The notes: generated from the sequence alone by a model not told the origin. A stretch of DNA of 57,469 bases from an uncultured bacterium (GCA_902763655.1 CACWSW010000022.1:1-57469), one strand, 5' to 3'. Counted from the first letter of the stretch, positions 35,403 through 44,302 are shown. Numbers and translations: made by a program.

Positions 35403-37526
35403 TTACAGATCGCCGCCGAAACGCGCACGCCAGTACGCGGCGAAGAGATGGACGGCGCGGCACGCGCCGACCTTGTCCGCCGGCGTGTGGACGATTGCGT
35501 TCGCGAGGATCGCCTGCTGGAAACCGCTCCACACGAACGCGTCGCGCGGCACCATCTGCTGGGCTAGATGCACTTCTGCGCATCCGCAGAGCCAACGCGA
35601 ATCGTTCCCGCGAATGGACTTCGCGCGTGCGCGCGCCTGGCGCGCGCACGTGACCATCGCGCTGATGATCTTCGCTCGGAACTTCACGCTCTTCTCGATG
35701 CCGAGCAGCACCTCGAGCGACGTGTTCATCTGCAGGAGCGTGTAGCTCGGCATCCAACGCGAGATGTCCTTCTCGGAGAGGTTCGCCAAACGGCAGGAAC
35801 CGTCGAGCGCCTCTTCGCGCAAGGAGCGATAGAGCTTCGTCCACTTCGCGTCGCCAGTGATCTCGCCAGCCGCCGCGTAGACCATGGCGAGGCGCGCCGC
35901 CTCGTGCGGCATCGTCTCGCGCATCTTGCAGATGCCGCGCGGGTCGGGCGTGCCGTCGGCCTGCAGGAAGTTCCAGCCGTTCGCCTCCGTCACGTTGCGC
36001 TCCATCAGGCCCGCCACGTCGGCGAACGCCGCGCGGATCGGAGCCTTCAGCTCGTCGGGCACAAGACCCGACCGCCAGTAGCGCCACAGTCCGTGCGCCC
36101 AGTGCGTAACCTGGTCGCGCGAAGAGAGGCGGCAGATTGACGTGCCGTCCTCCACGCAGAGGCCGCGCGCCACGAACCCCTTGTACGGATGGGCGTTGAC
36201 GAGGTTGAGAAGTCCCCTCGCGATCTTCGCCGCGTCGGCGGCGTATGCCTGGTCCTTCGTCACGGCGTATGCGTCCACAAGGCCAGACAGCGCCACGCCG
36301 CCGTTGATCGCGCAGTCCTCAAGTCCTTTTCCGTAGCCAAGCTCCGGCTTGAGAAGTCCGCCGGGGAAGTCGCGCGCCGGCTGCACGTCCTTCGGCGCGC
36401 ACACGTAGATGCCGCCCGTCTTCGGACTGTAGAACTCCTTCATCACGCGCTTCCAGGCGGCATCGACCCATGCGCGGAGCTCGGTCTCCGGCGGACGATC
36501 AAGCTTCGGCTCTGGTTTGGGAACCGCGTCGTACACGCGCACGTAGTCGACCTCGAAGAAGTCGGGCAACTGAGCCTTGAAGAGGCGTTCGTCCGGCTTG
36601 CCCCACGTGCGACGCCCGGCCGAAAGTCCGCCGTCGTTGCCGGCCTTACGGTAGCCGCCCGGCTCGGTGGAGACGAGGAGGAACTCCTCGACATGCGAGA
36701 CGGGGTAGTTCTGCTCGCCAACCTTCTTGCCGTCGCAGTAGAATGTGTAGCCTTCCGGCGTCCAGTCGCAGCCGTAGTTGTGCCAGCCGTCTGCCGTTTC
36801 CTCGTGCTTCCACGCGAAGTGGTCGAACCAGCAGGAGTTCTTCCCGTAGCCGTTCCAGCCGTTGCCGCCCACGACGATGCCGTCGGAGACAAGCCGGTAG
36901 GTTTCCATGATGTCCGTCTCCACGCCGGAGACCGCGGGGTCGGGCGTGGCGCCGACGCCCGGCGCCTGCAGCCAGAACGCGGCGTGCCAGCCGGAGTTCT
37001 TCGGCAGGCGGCAACGGATCTCGAAGTAGCCGTACTTCTTCATGAACAGTGGCTTGCGGTAGGTGCCGAACGGCCAGAAGCCGGTGGAGTCCTTCGGGAT
37101 GTCGTACGTGAGCGAGCCGGTCTGGAGGTGCGGCGAGCTGAAGTCGTCGCCCTTCCGCACGAGGTGGAGCTTCGCGGTCTCGCCGGTCATCTCCACCCCC
37201 CCGAAGTCGTGCGCAAACGCGGGGAAGTCCTGTCCCCAAAAGCTTTCGCGGCACATCCACTTCGTCTTGTCGATCTCGGCGCCGTCGAACTCGTCGTGCC
37301 AGACGAGCTTCCACGTCTTGCCGCGCGGCAGGAGGGAGTCTGCCTTGCCGGGCACGGCGGCCATCTTCACCTGGATGACCGGCGACTTTTCGATCTCGGG
37401 ATCGACGAACCGCGCCTCGGCCGTCAGCGCTGCCATCGCGACAAGCAGTGGAGTACCGTATCGTGATATCGTTTTATCACGCAGAGGCGCAGAGAACACA
37501 GAGGAGAATGAGTGTGAATAAAACAT
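35403..37526 (-). CDS. GH16 domain fused to an uncharacterised helical (probably alpha/alpha-barrel) domain
   Basis: WKLVWHDEFDG, YGYFEIR, AAFWL, ETDIME (ExDxxE), WHNYG.DW, FYCDG, VDYVRVY; second domain from about aa 345. Start uncertain (37526 or 37436). Confidence 0.8.
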   Translation of the reverse strand: MFYSHSFSSVFSAPLRDKTISRYGTPLLVAMAALTAEARFVDPEIEKSPVIQVKMAAVPGKADSLLPRGKTWKLVWHDEFDGAEIDKTKWMCRESFWGQDFPAFAHDFGGVEMTGETAKLHLVRKGDDFSSPHLQTGSLTYDIPKDSTGFWPFGTYRKPLFMKKYGYFEIRCRLPKNSGWHAAFWLQAPGVGATPDPAVSGVETDIMETYRLVSDGIVVGGNGWNGYGKNSCWFDHFAWKHEETADGWHNYGCDWTPEGYTFYCDGKKVGEQNYPVSHVEEFLLVSTEPGGYRKAGNDGGLSAGRRTWGKPDERLFKAQLPDFFEVDYVRVYDAVPKPEPKLDRPPETELRAWVDAAWKRVMKEFYSPKTGGIYVCAPKDVQPARDFPGGLLKPELGYGKGLEDCAINGGVALSGLVDAYAVTKDQAYAADAAKIARGLLNLVNAHPYKGFVARGLCVEDGTSICRLSSRDQVTHWAHGLWRYWRSGLVPDELKAPIRAAFADVAGLMERNVTEANGWNFLQADGTPDPRGICKMRETMPHEAARLAMVYAAAGEITGDAKWTKLYRSLREEALDGSCRLANLSEKDISRWMPSYTLLQMNTSLEVLLGIEKSVKFRAKIISAMVTCARQARARAKSIRGNDSRWLCGCAEVHLAQQMVPRDAFVWSGFQQAILANAIVHTPADKVGACRAVHLFAAYWRARFGGDL

Positions 37527-37561
37527 CTCTGTGCTCTCAATCTCTCTGCACCTCTGCGTGA
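37477..37561. repeat. Long imperfect inverted repeat (TCACGCAGAGG...CCTCTGCGTGA) at the RND/GH16 junction
   Basis: 11-bp perfect outer stem (37477-37487 / 37551-37561), then GCAGAGA/TCTCTGC and CACAGAG/CTCTGTG stems. Confidence 0.85.
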
Positions 37562-40500
37562 GATTGATCGGATTCTCTCGCCTTCAGGTCGCGGCGGCGG
37601 CGCGCCCGCGTCGACAGGAACGCGAAGAACCGCTTGATGCGCTCGCGCCAAGTCTGGAAGAGCGCGTAGAGTCCGGGGACGAGCAGGATGCCGAACATCA
37701 CAGACGCGAGCATTCCGAAGAACTCGGTGGTGCCGAGGTGGTTGCGGCTCGCGGCGCCCGCTCCGGTGGCGAGCATCATCGGGAGCGTGCCGAGGAGCGT
37801 GGTGAGGGCCGTCATCAGCAGGGCGCGCAGACGCTCGCCCGCCGCCGCGCCGGCGGCATCCACGATGGACAGCCCCTCGTTCTCGTGCTTGTCCTTCGCG
37901 AACTCCACGAGCAGGATGGCGTTCTTCGAGGCGAGGCCTACGAGCAGCACCAGACCGAGCTGCGCGTATATCGATAGCGCGAACGGCTTGCCGGTCGCGA
38001 AGAAGCCCCAGTACTTGAGGCCCATGAGCGCACCGAACACGGCCACGAAGATGGAGAGCATCACGGGGAGCGGAATCGTCCAGCTCTCGTACTGCGCCAC
38101 GAGGAAGAGGTAGCCGAACAGAACGGCGAGCAGCAGGAGCGGCGCGGCCGTGCCCTCGTTGCGCGCCTCCTGGAAGGAGAGCGCCGCCCAGTCGTAGCCG
38201 TATCCGTCGGGCAGCTCTTCCTTGAACAGCTCGCGGATCTCGTTCATCACCAGACCCGAGGGGACGCCGGGCATCGGCAGGATGTTGAGGCCGGCGGTCA
38301 CGTACTTGTCGCGCGTGTAGATCGTGCGCGGACCCAGCTCGCGGGTGATCGTGCCGAGCGACCCGACGGGCACCATCGCCCCCAGGTCGGACCGCACGTA
38401 CAGACGTTCCACGGCCTCGGGCGTCGCGCGGGCCGACGCCTCGGCTGCAACGGTCACGCGGTTGACCTGTGTGCCGAGGTTGACGTCATTCACGTAGCGG
38501 GAGCCAAGGTAGTTCTGGAGCGTCGCGTAGATCGTCGCGACCGGCACGTGGAACATCTCGGTCTTCACGCGGTCGAGGTTGAACTTGAGGTGCGGGGTCT
38601 CCGCGTTGTAGCCCGCGAACGCCGCGAGGATGTGCGGGTTCTGGTTTAGCTTCATCAGGATCTTCTTCTTCAGCTCGTCGATCTTCATCGGATCGGCGTG
38701 CGCCTTGTCCTGGATGTGCACGGAGATGCCGTTCGACATGCCGAGGCCGGGGATGGCGGGCGGCATGAACACCTGCCACTTCGGTTCAGGCACCGCGGCA
38801 AGCATCATCTGTATCTTGCCGACGAGCATGGCGGCGTGCTGCTCCGGGAGCGGGCGCTTGTCCCAGCCCTTCAAGTCGATGATGAGCGTGGTCTGGTTCT
38901 CGCCGCGCCCGCCGATCATGCCCCAGCCCGTGATGGAGAGCACGCTCGCCACCTCCGGCATCTGCCGCAGCAGCTCCACGGCGCGGAGGGCCGTGTCGCG
39001 GCTGCGGTCGCGCGCCGTGCCCTCGGGCATCTCCATCGAGGCGAAGATCACGCGCTGGTCCTCGTCGGGCAGGAACGCGGTCTGCGTCTTGACGAAGAGC
39101 GAGACGGTGAGCAGGATCGTGAGTATCAGAAGCACGCCAGCGAGGAAGATGCGGCTCGCCAGCCACTTGGCCGCCGTAATGAACAGCCCCTTGAACGAGT
39201 TCACAACCCAGTTGAACCAGGCGAGAGGGCCGTGCTTGTACGGACGCGACTCGCGCAGGATGAGCGAGCAAAGCGCCGGCGCGAGCGTGAGAGCGCACAC
39301 CGTGGAGAAGCACACGGCCGCAGAGAGCGTAACGGAGAACTGCTGGTAGATGCGGCCCGTGATGCCGCTCATGAAACCCACCGGCACGAAGATGCCGAGC
39401 AGCACGAGCGTCGTGGCGATGACGGCGCTCGTCACGTCGCTCATCGCCTGGATGGCAGCCTCCTTCGAGTTGAGCCCGCGCGTCTCGATGAGGAACTGCA
39501 CGCGTTCGACGACCACGATGCAGTCGTCCACCACCACGCCGATGGCCAGAACTAGTCCGAACAAGGTGAGGATGTTGATCGTGTAGCCGAGGAGCGCCAT
39601 CAGGATGAACGTGGAGCAGAGCGAGACGGGAATCGTGAGGCACGGGATGAGCGTCGCGCGCCAGTCCTGGAGGAACAGGTAGCACACCAGCACCACTAGG
39701 CCGAATGTGATGCCGAGCGTCAAGACGATCTCCTTCACGCACATGCGCACGTAGTCGGTGGCGTCGTAAGGCGTGATCCACTCGAGGTCGTCCGGGAACG
39801 ACTGCGCGAGACGATCCATCTCCTTGTAGATCATGTCCATCGTGGCGATCGCGTTTGCGCCCGGCTTCTGCTGGAGGGCGATGGATACTGCATTGCCGGC
39901 GTTGAACTGGCCGGTGAACATGTAGTTCTCCTCGCCCACCTCGGTGCGCGCGATGTCCTTGAGCTTCACGAGGCCGCCGTTCTCGTCGCGGCGGATGACG
40001 ATCTCGTTGAACTCCTTCGGCGACATGAGTCGCCCCTTCGCGGTGAGCGTGTACACGTGCGCGCCGTGGGACGGGATGGGCGATGCGCCCACGGATCCGA
40101 CCGAGGCCTGCACGTTCTGGCGCGTCACGGCCGCGATCACCTCCTCCGTGTTGAGGCCCTGCGCCGCCATGCGGTCGGGATCCATCCACACGCGCATGGC
40201 GATCTTCGGTCCGTACACGGTGGCCTCGCCCACGCCGGGGATGCGCAGCAGCACGGGCTGGATGTTGCCGTAGATGTAGTCGCTGATCTGCAGGCGCGAC
40301 AGGGTGCCCTTCGGCGAACGGAGGCAGACGACGCCGAGCATGTCCTCGGCCTGCGCGCGGATGCGCCCGCCGAGCTGCTTCACCTCGGTCGGCAGCTTCG
40401 CCTCGGCCTGCGCCACGCGGTTCTGCACCTTGACCATGTCCATGTCGCGGTCGCTCTCCACCTCGAACGAGACCGTGAGCTGGTAGTTGCCGGTGTCTGA

Positions 40501-40788
40501 GCAGGAGCCGACCATGTAGAGCATGTCGTCCACGCCGTTCACCTCGTCCTCGATCGGCATGGCGACCGTGTTGAGGATCTCCTTCGCGTTCGCGCCGGGG
40601 TAGTTGTACATCACGGAGATGGACGGAGGCGTAAGGCGCGGATACTGCGAGATCGGCAGCTTGAATATGGCCATCGCTCCCGCCATCGTGAGGACGATTG
40701 AGATGACCATCGCGAAGCGCGGCCGCTCCACGAACGTCCTCGAGAACGTCTTGATCTTGTCGATCGCAGGTCTTAGTGACAATTTCAT
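37537..40788 (-). CDS. RND efflux permease (HAE1, AcrB/MexB-like)
   Basis: F.ERPRFA.VISI, LP.SQYP, AIGVVVDDCIVVVE (proton-relay DD), SKNAIL, R..LMT motifs. Confidence 0.95.
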   Translation of the reverse strand: MKLSLRPAIDKIKTFSRTFVERPRFAMVISIVLTMAGAMAIFKLPISQYPRLTPPSISVMYNYPGANAKEILNTVAMPIEDEVNGVDDMLYMVGSCSDTGNYQLTVSFEVESDRDMDMVKVQNRVAQAEAKLPTEVKQLGGRIRAQAEDMLGVVCLRSPKGTLSRLQISDYIYGNIQPVLLRIPGVGEATVYGPKIAMRVWMDPDRMAAQGLNTEEVIAAVTRQNVQASVGSVGASPIPSHGAHVYTLTAKGRLMSPKEFNEIVIRRDENGGLVKLKDIARTEVGEENYMFTGQFNAGNAVSIALQQKPGANAIATMDMIYKEMDRLAQSFPDDLEWITPYDATDYVRMCVKEIVLTLGITFGLVVLVCYLFLQDWRATLIPCLTIPVSLCSTFILMALLGYTINILTLFGLVLAIGVVVDDCIVVVERVQFLIETRGLNSKEAAIQAMSDVTSAVIATTLVLLGIFVPVGFMSGITGRIYQQFSVTLSAAVCFSTVCALTLAPALCSLILRESRPYKHGPLAWFNWVVNSFKGLFITAAKWLASRIFLAGVLLILTILLTVSLFVKTQTAFLPDEDQRVIFASMEMPEGTARDRSRDTALRAVELLRQMPEVASVLSITGWGMIGGRGENQTTLIIDLKGWDKRPLPEQHAAMLVGKIQMMLAAVPEPKWQVFMPPAIPGLGMSNGISVHIQDKAHADPMKIDELKKKILMKLNQNPHILAAFAGYNAETPHLKFNLDRVKTEMFHVPVATIYATLQNYLGSRYVNDVNLGTQVNRVTVAAEASARATPEAVERLYVRSDLGAMVPVGSLGTITRELGPRTIYTRDKYVTAGLNILPMPGVPSGLVMNEIRELFKEELPDGYGYDWAALSFQEARNEGTAAPLLLLAVLFGYLFLVAQYESWTIPLPVMLSIFVAVFGALMGLKYWGFFATGKPFALSIYAQLGLVLLVGLASKNAILLVEFAKDKHENEGLSIVDAAGAAAGERLRALLMTALTTLLGTLPMMLATGAGAASRNHLGTTEFFGMLASVMFGILLVPGLYALFQTWRERIKRFFAFLSTRARRRRDLKARESDQSHAEVQRD

Positions 40789-42003
40789 TTAGTTTTCCTT
40801 CACCGGGGGCTTGTAGTTGGGGTCGAGGTCGTCGTTCATCGTGGGCTCGACGACCTTCACCTTCATGCCGGGGGCGAGCTTGCCGATGCCGGAAATGACC
40901 ACCTTCTCTCCGAGCTTGAGGCCGGAGATGACGGGCGACCAGCCCTCGCTCATCTCGCGCACCTCTACCACGCGTTCCTCCACGGTCTCGTCCTCCTTCA
41001 GCACCCACACGCCCTGGCTGCCGCCCGTGAGGTCGAAGAGCGCCTGCTGCGGTATGCTCGCCATCTTCGGCGGCACCTTGCGGTCGGTGAGGAGCGTGAC
41101 GTAGCTGTTCGGGATGAGGAGACGGTCCGGGTTGGGGAAGGAGAGACGCATGATGATGGTGGCCGTGTCCTTGCTCATCTCGTTGTCGTCGAAGTCCCAC
41201 TTGCCCTCTTCGCCGTACTCGCTGCCGTCGGGAAGCATGAGGCGCATGCGGTACTCGGGCGCCTTGCCCTTCTTGAGCGCCGCGCGCCAGCCGATGTAGG
41301 CGCGGTCGGTGAGCGGGAAGGTGACGCGGATGGGATCGATCTGCACGATGCGCGCAAGCGCGCCCTTCGACGGCGCCACGTAGTCGCCCACGTGCGCGCT
41401 CGTCTTGCCGATCTGCCCGCTGATCGGCGCCAGCACGATCGCCTTCTTGAGGTCGTACTCCGCCACCACCAGGTTGGCCTTCGCCTGCAGGACGGCGGCC
41501 TTCGCCTTGTCCGCGCCGGCCTCGGCGTCGTCGCGCTCCTTCTGCGTGATGCCGCGCGCGTCGGCCTTCTGCATGCGCTCCCAGTAGCGCTCCGCGCGGC
41601 GAGCCTCCGCCTCGGCGGCCTCGAGGTCGGCCTTGCGCTGGTTCGCCACGGCGCGGTAGCGCTCGTCGTCGAGCACGTAGAGGACCGCGCCCGCCTTCAC
41701 GATGTCGCCCTCCTTGAACTTTATCTCCTTGATGTAGCCGTCGACCTGCGGCAGAAGATCGACCTCCTGCATCGCCTCGGCGTGCGCCACGAACTTCTCC
41801 GGCAGGTTGTACGTGCGCTCCTCCACCTCCTTGACGGCCACCGTCGCAGTCATCTGCGGCAGCTGCGGCATCACCGGCGGCCTCTTCGGCCAGAGGTCGT
41901 TGGCGACCCAGCCGCCCACCGCGCAGGCAACCGCCAGCACTATCGTTCCGATCACGGCGCCGATCGCGCCGCCCTTGCCCTTCTTCTCGTTGTTCTCGCT
42001 CAT
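40789..42003 (-). CDS. RND efflux periplasmic adaptor (membrane fusion protein)
   Basis: N-terminal TM anchor; V.LLPQVDGYI, EGDIVKAG.VL, APISGQIG, G.YV motifs. Start ATG 42003 with AAGGA RBS. Confidence 0.95.
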   Translation of the reverse strand: MSENNEKKGKGGAIGAVIGTIVLAVACAVGGWVANDLWPKRPPVMPQLPQMTATVAVKEVEERTYNLPEKFVAHAEAMQEVDLLPQVDGYIKEIKFKEGDIVKAGAVLYVLDDERYRAVANQRKADLEAAEAEARRAERYWERMQKADARGITQKERDDAEAGADKAKAAVLQAKANLVVAEYDLKKAIVLAPISGQIGKTSAHVGDYVAPSKGALARIVQIDPIRVTFPLTDRAYIGWRAALKKGKAPEYRMRLMLPDGSEYGEEGKWDFDDNEMSKDTATIIMRLSFPNPDRLLIPNSYVTLLTDRKVPPKMASIPQQALFDLTGGSQGVWVLKEDETVEERVVEVREMSEGWSPVISGLKLGEKVVISGIGKLAPGMKVKVVEPTMNDDLDPNYKPPVKEN

Positions 42004-42031
42004 TTCCTTGTTCCTTTGCTGAAATCCGTTT

Positions 42032-42059
42032 TTGACATTCGACATCCGTCATCCGACGA
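42032..42059 (-). repeat. Degenerate heptamer array spanning the TetR stop codon
   Basis: Minus strand TCGTCGG ATGACGG ATGTCGA ATGTCAA. Confidence 0.5.
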
Positions 42060-42717
42060 CCGTGGCTGCCGGACGCCGGTTGCCGACAGTCCTGATCGAC
42101 TCCCACACCGCCGCGTACGACTTGCGCAAGGTGTCCACCAGGTCGCACTGGAGAAGCCGCACGATCCGCGTGTGCACGAGGCCGTCCCACATTGCGATGC
42201 ACACGCTCGCCACCTGCACGGGATCCGTGCCATCCTTCACGCGCCCCGCGCGCACGTCGTTCTCCACCGCGGTCCTGAACGCGGCCCACGGCCCGAAGCG
42301 CTGGTTGCGCATCAGGTCCGCGCGCACGCTTTCCATCGACGCCTCCGCCCACTGGATCTGCTCGTGGATGAGCAGGAAGAACGCGGTCCCCTTCGGGTCG
42401 CCCGTGATCTGCTCCGCGTTGCGCACCATCATGTCCGCCACCACCGGGAAGGACAGCCCCTCGAACGAAGACTCTCCTTCCGGCAGCAGCTCGGCGATCT
42501 GGCGGCGGAACTTCTCCAGCATCTCGTCGATGAGCGCCATCAGGAGCGCCTGCTTCGACTCGAAGTGCCAGTACACCGCGCCCTTCGTCATCTTGAGCCT
42601 ACCCGCGATGTCCGTGAAGGTGGTATGCACGTACCCCTTCTTCGCAAATAGGGAGAGCGCGCTCGCTAGGATCCGAGCGCGCGTCTTCTCCGCATCTCTC
42701 TGTGCTTTTCGTGGCAT
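42049..42717 (-). CDS. TetR/AcrR family transcriptional regulator
   Basis: TRARILASALSLF..KGY..TT..DIA....MTKGAVYWHF.SK HTH. Start ATG 42717. Confidence 0.95.
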   Translation of the reverse strand: MPRKAQRDAEKTRARILASALSLFAKKGYVHTTFTDIAGRLKMTKGAVYWHFESKQALLMALIDEMLEKFRRQIAELLPEGESSFEGLSFPVVADMMVRNAEQITGDPKGTAFFLLIHEQIQWAEASMESVRADLMRNQRFGPWAAFRTAVENDVRAGRVKDGTDPVQVASVCIAMWDGLVHTRIVRLLQCDLVDTLRKSYAAVWESIRTVGNRRPAATVVG

Positions 42718-42726
42718 GTCGCGCAC

Positions 42727-42757
42727 ATTATAACATACCTTCGGGTAGGTATGTCAA
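42727..42757 (-). promoter_or_regulatory. Promoter with embedded TetR-type operator palindrome
   Basis: TTGACA (42757-42752), 19-nt spacer, TGT-TATAAT (42735-42727); palindrome ACATACCT-N6-AGGTATGT at 42733-42754. Confidence 0.8.
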
Positions 42758-42817
42758 TTGGTATCTTGATCTTTAAGTCGTCTCGGTAGTCTCAATGGTC
42801 ACGGCGGTCCCTTCACC

Positions 42818-43207
42818 TCACCGGATCTCCAGATGCACGCTAAATCGCTTGGGGGCCGTTGGAAGCGTGGCAAGCGCCTTCTTGATCTTCGTCAGTTTCG
42901 GGCGCATGCCGAAGAGCTGGCCGGACGTACGCACGTACAGGAAGAGCCGCCCGTCCTGCCAGCGTCCGGGCTTCGCGACGCTATCCGGGAAGAGCTTCGG
43001 CCATTGCTCGCACACCTGGTCGAAGAACGGACTCTTCTCCACCAGCAAGGTCGCGAGCAGTCCGTCCATCAGCGTACCCATGCTCGGCATCGGCACGCGC
43101 GTCTCCACCACGTCGCCGTCGATCGGCAGACCTGGCGTCGCATGCGCCGCGAGGCGACCGCGAGCGGCGATGTCGCGCTTCAGTTTCCTTGGGTCAACCT
43201 TGCCCAT
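42818..43207 (-). CDS. DUF721/DciA-like protein
   Basis: About 129 aa; W..LF...A.P..W..G.L.L.V...Q.......I pattern resembles the DUF721 family. Motif-level recognition only. Confidence 0.55.
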   Translation of the reverse strand: MGKVDPRKLKRDIAARGRLAAHATPGLPIDGDVVETRVPMPSMGTLMDGLLATLLVEKSPFFDQVCEQWPKLFPDSVAKPGRWQDGRLFLYVRTSGQLFGMRPKLTKIKKALATLPTAPKRFSVHLEIR

Positions 43208-43403
43208 ACAGCTCCCCGACCGTCTCGACCTTCTGGAACGCTTCGATGTCCATGCGCACGCCGAGCTCGTTCTCCAGCATGACAAGCAACCCGAACGCCT
43301 GGAGCGAGCACCAGCCGTCCAGCTCGCGGAAGCGCGTGTCGTCCGTGACGGACTCCACCTCCAGCACCTCAGCGACCCTCTTGAGGAAATCTTCCCGCGT
43401 CAT
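43194..43403 (-). CDS. Acyl carrier protein (69 aa)
   Basis: Acidic four-helix pattern with W-C-S-L phosphopantetheine Ser motif (WDSL-like), LENELGV, VETVGEL. Confidence 0.8.
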   Translation of the reverse strand: MTREDFLKRVAEVLEVESVTDDTRFRELDGWCSLQAFGLLVMLENELGVRMDIEAFQKVETVGELYGQG

Positions 43404-44004
43404 AGATCTCGTCCGCTCCCTCCAGTTCATCGCGGCTGCCGTATCCCCACGTGCAGCCGATAGTGTACATCCCCGCCGTCTTGCCGGCAACGACATCGCC
43501 GGCCGTATCCCCCACCATCACCGCATCGGCGGGATCGATCCCGCGCGTCTCCATCACGTGCGCCAGAAGCTCGGACTTCTTCAGCCGGCGTCCCTCGTAC
43601 ATGTCGAAGGCGTACCAGCCGTCGAACACGTCCTCCCAGCCGAGACGAGTGCGTAGCGCCTCCAGCGGACGCCATCTCTTGTTGGTCGCCACGTAGAGTC
43701 CGCATCCGCGCGCGCGCAGGTCCGCCAGCCAGCCAGGCACCCAGGGGTATGGCCGCGTGTTCGGGAACCCGCTCATGTCGTAGGCAGGACCGAAGAGCTC
43801 GCGTATGCGCGCAACAAGCTCCGGCGTCGCGTCGTCGAACAGCATGTACGTCACCTGGTCCAGTGTCGGACCGGTGCGGTAGATGCTGTCGAACTGCGGG
43901 CATGTGCGACCGAGACCACGCAGCGCCGCGCGCCACGCCTCCTTGATGTCCGCCTCCGTATCGCAGAGCGTCCCGTCGAAATCGAAGAACCAATGATGTC
44001 TCAT
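43369..44004 (-). CDS. HAD-IA family hydrolase (phosphoglycolate phosphatase-like)
   Basis: FDFDGTLCDT (motif I), ATNK (II), K (III), MVGDT..DV..G (IV). Start ATG 44004. Confidence 0.9.
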   Translation of the reverse strand: MRHHWFFDFDGTLCDTEADIKEAWRAALRGLGRTCPQFDSIYRTGPTLDQVTYMLFDDATPELVARIRELFGPAYDMSGFPNTRPYPWVPGWLADLRARGCGLYVATNKRWRPLEALRTRLGWEDVFDGWYAFDMYEGRRLKKSELLAHVMETRGIDPADAVMVGDTAGDVVAGKTAGMYTIGCTWGYGSRDELEGADEIYDAGRFPQEGR

Positions 44005-44013
44005 GACCGTGCC

Positions 44014-44022
44014 ATTATACCA
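44014..44022 (-). promoter_or_regulatory. Extended -10 (TGG-TATAAT) 9 nt upstream of ATG 44004
   Basis: Seen directly; no SD. Confidence 0.65.
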
Positions 44023-44058
44023 AAACCAAAGGCCGGACGCGCACAAGCACATCCGGCC
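44022..44058 (-). terminator. Putative intrinsic terminator
   Basis: Minus-strand hairpin GGCCGGATGTGC-TTGT-GCGCGTCCGGCC (12 bp, two G.U pairs) followed by TTTGGTTTT. Confidence 0.5.
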
Positions 44059-44302
44059 ATCGGCCGCCCTAGGGCGGAAGCACGCGTTTCCGCGCACCTA
44101 AAAAACACCGTCGGTCCGCTCAATCCTCCGTCCGCGCCTCAGACGTGCCCTCGACTGTCAGCAGAAGAGCCGTAATTGTTGATGATTACGATGGCCGCCC
44201 GCTAACGCATTCGAAAGATCTCGCATTCCTTCCGGCTTCCAAAGGACTCACCGGTTTCCCGACAAGCCCTCCTTGAATTTCCGCAAGCAGTTTACCACAT
44301 CC

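Noticed and set aside
42727-42757. MerR-type regulation suggested by the 19-bp spacer
   Set aside because: The adjacent regulator is clearly TetR-family and no MerR gene is present.
42776-42802. 9-nt periodic stretch (GTGACCATT GAGACTACC GAGACGACT)
   Set aside because: Too degenerate and too short to separate from chance.
44031-44058. Another member of the GGGAG-footed REP family (contains GGACGCGC)
   Set aside because: Lacks the GGGAG/CTCCC foot and is followed by a U-rich tract; better explained as a terminator.
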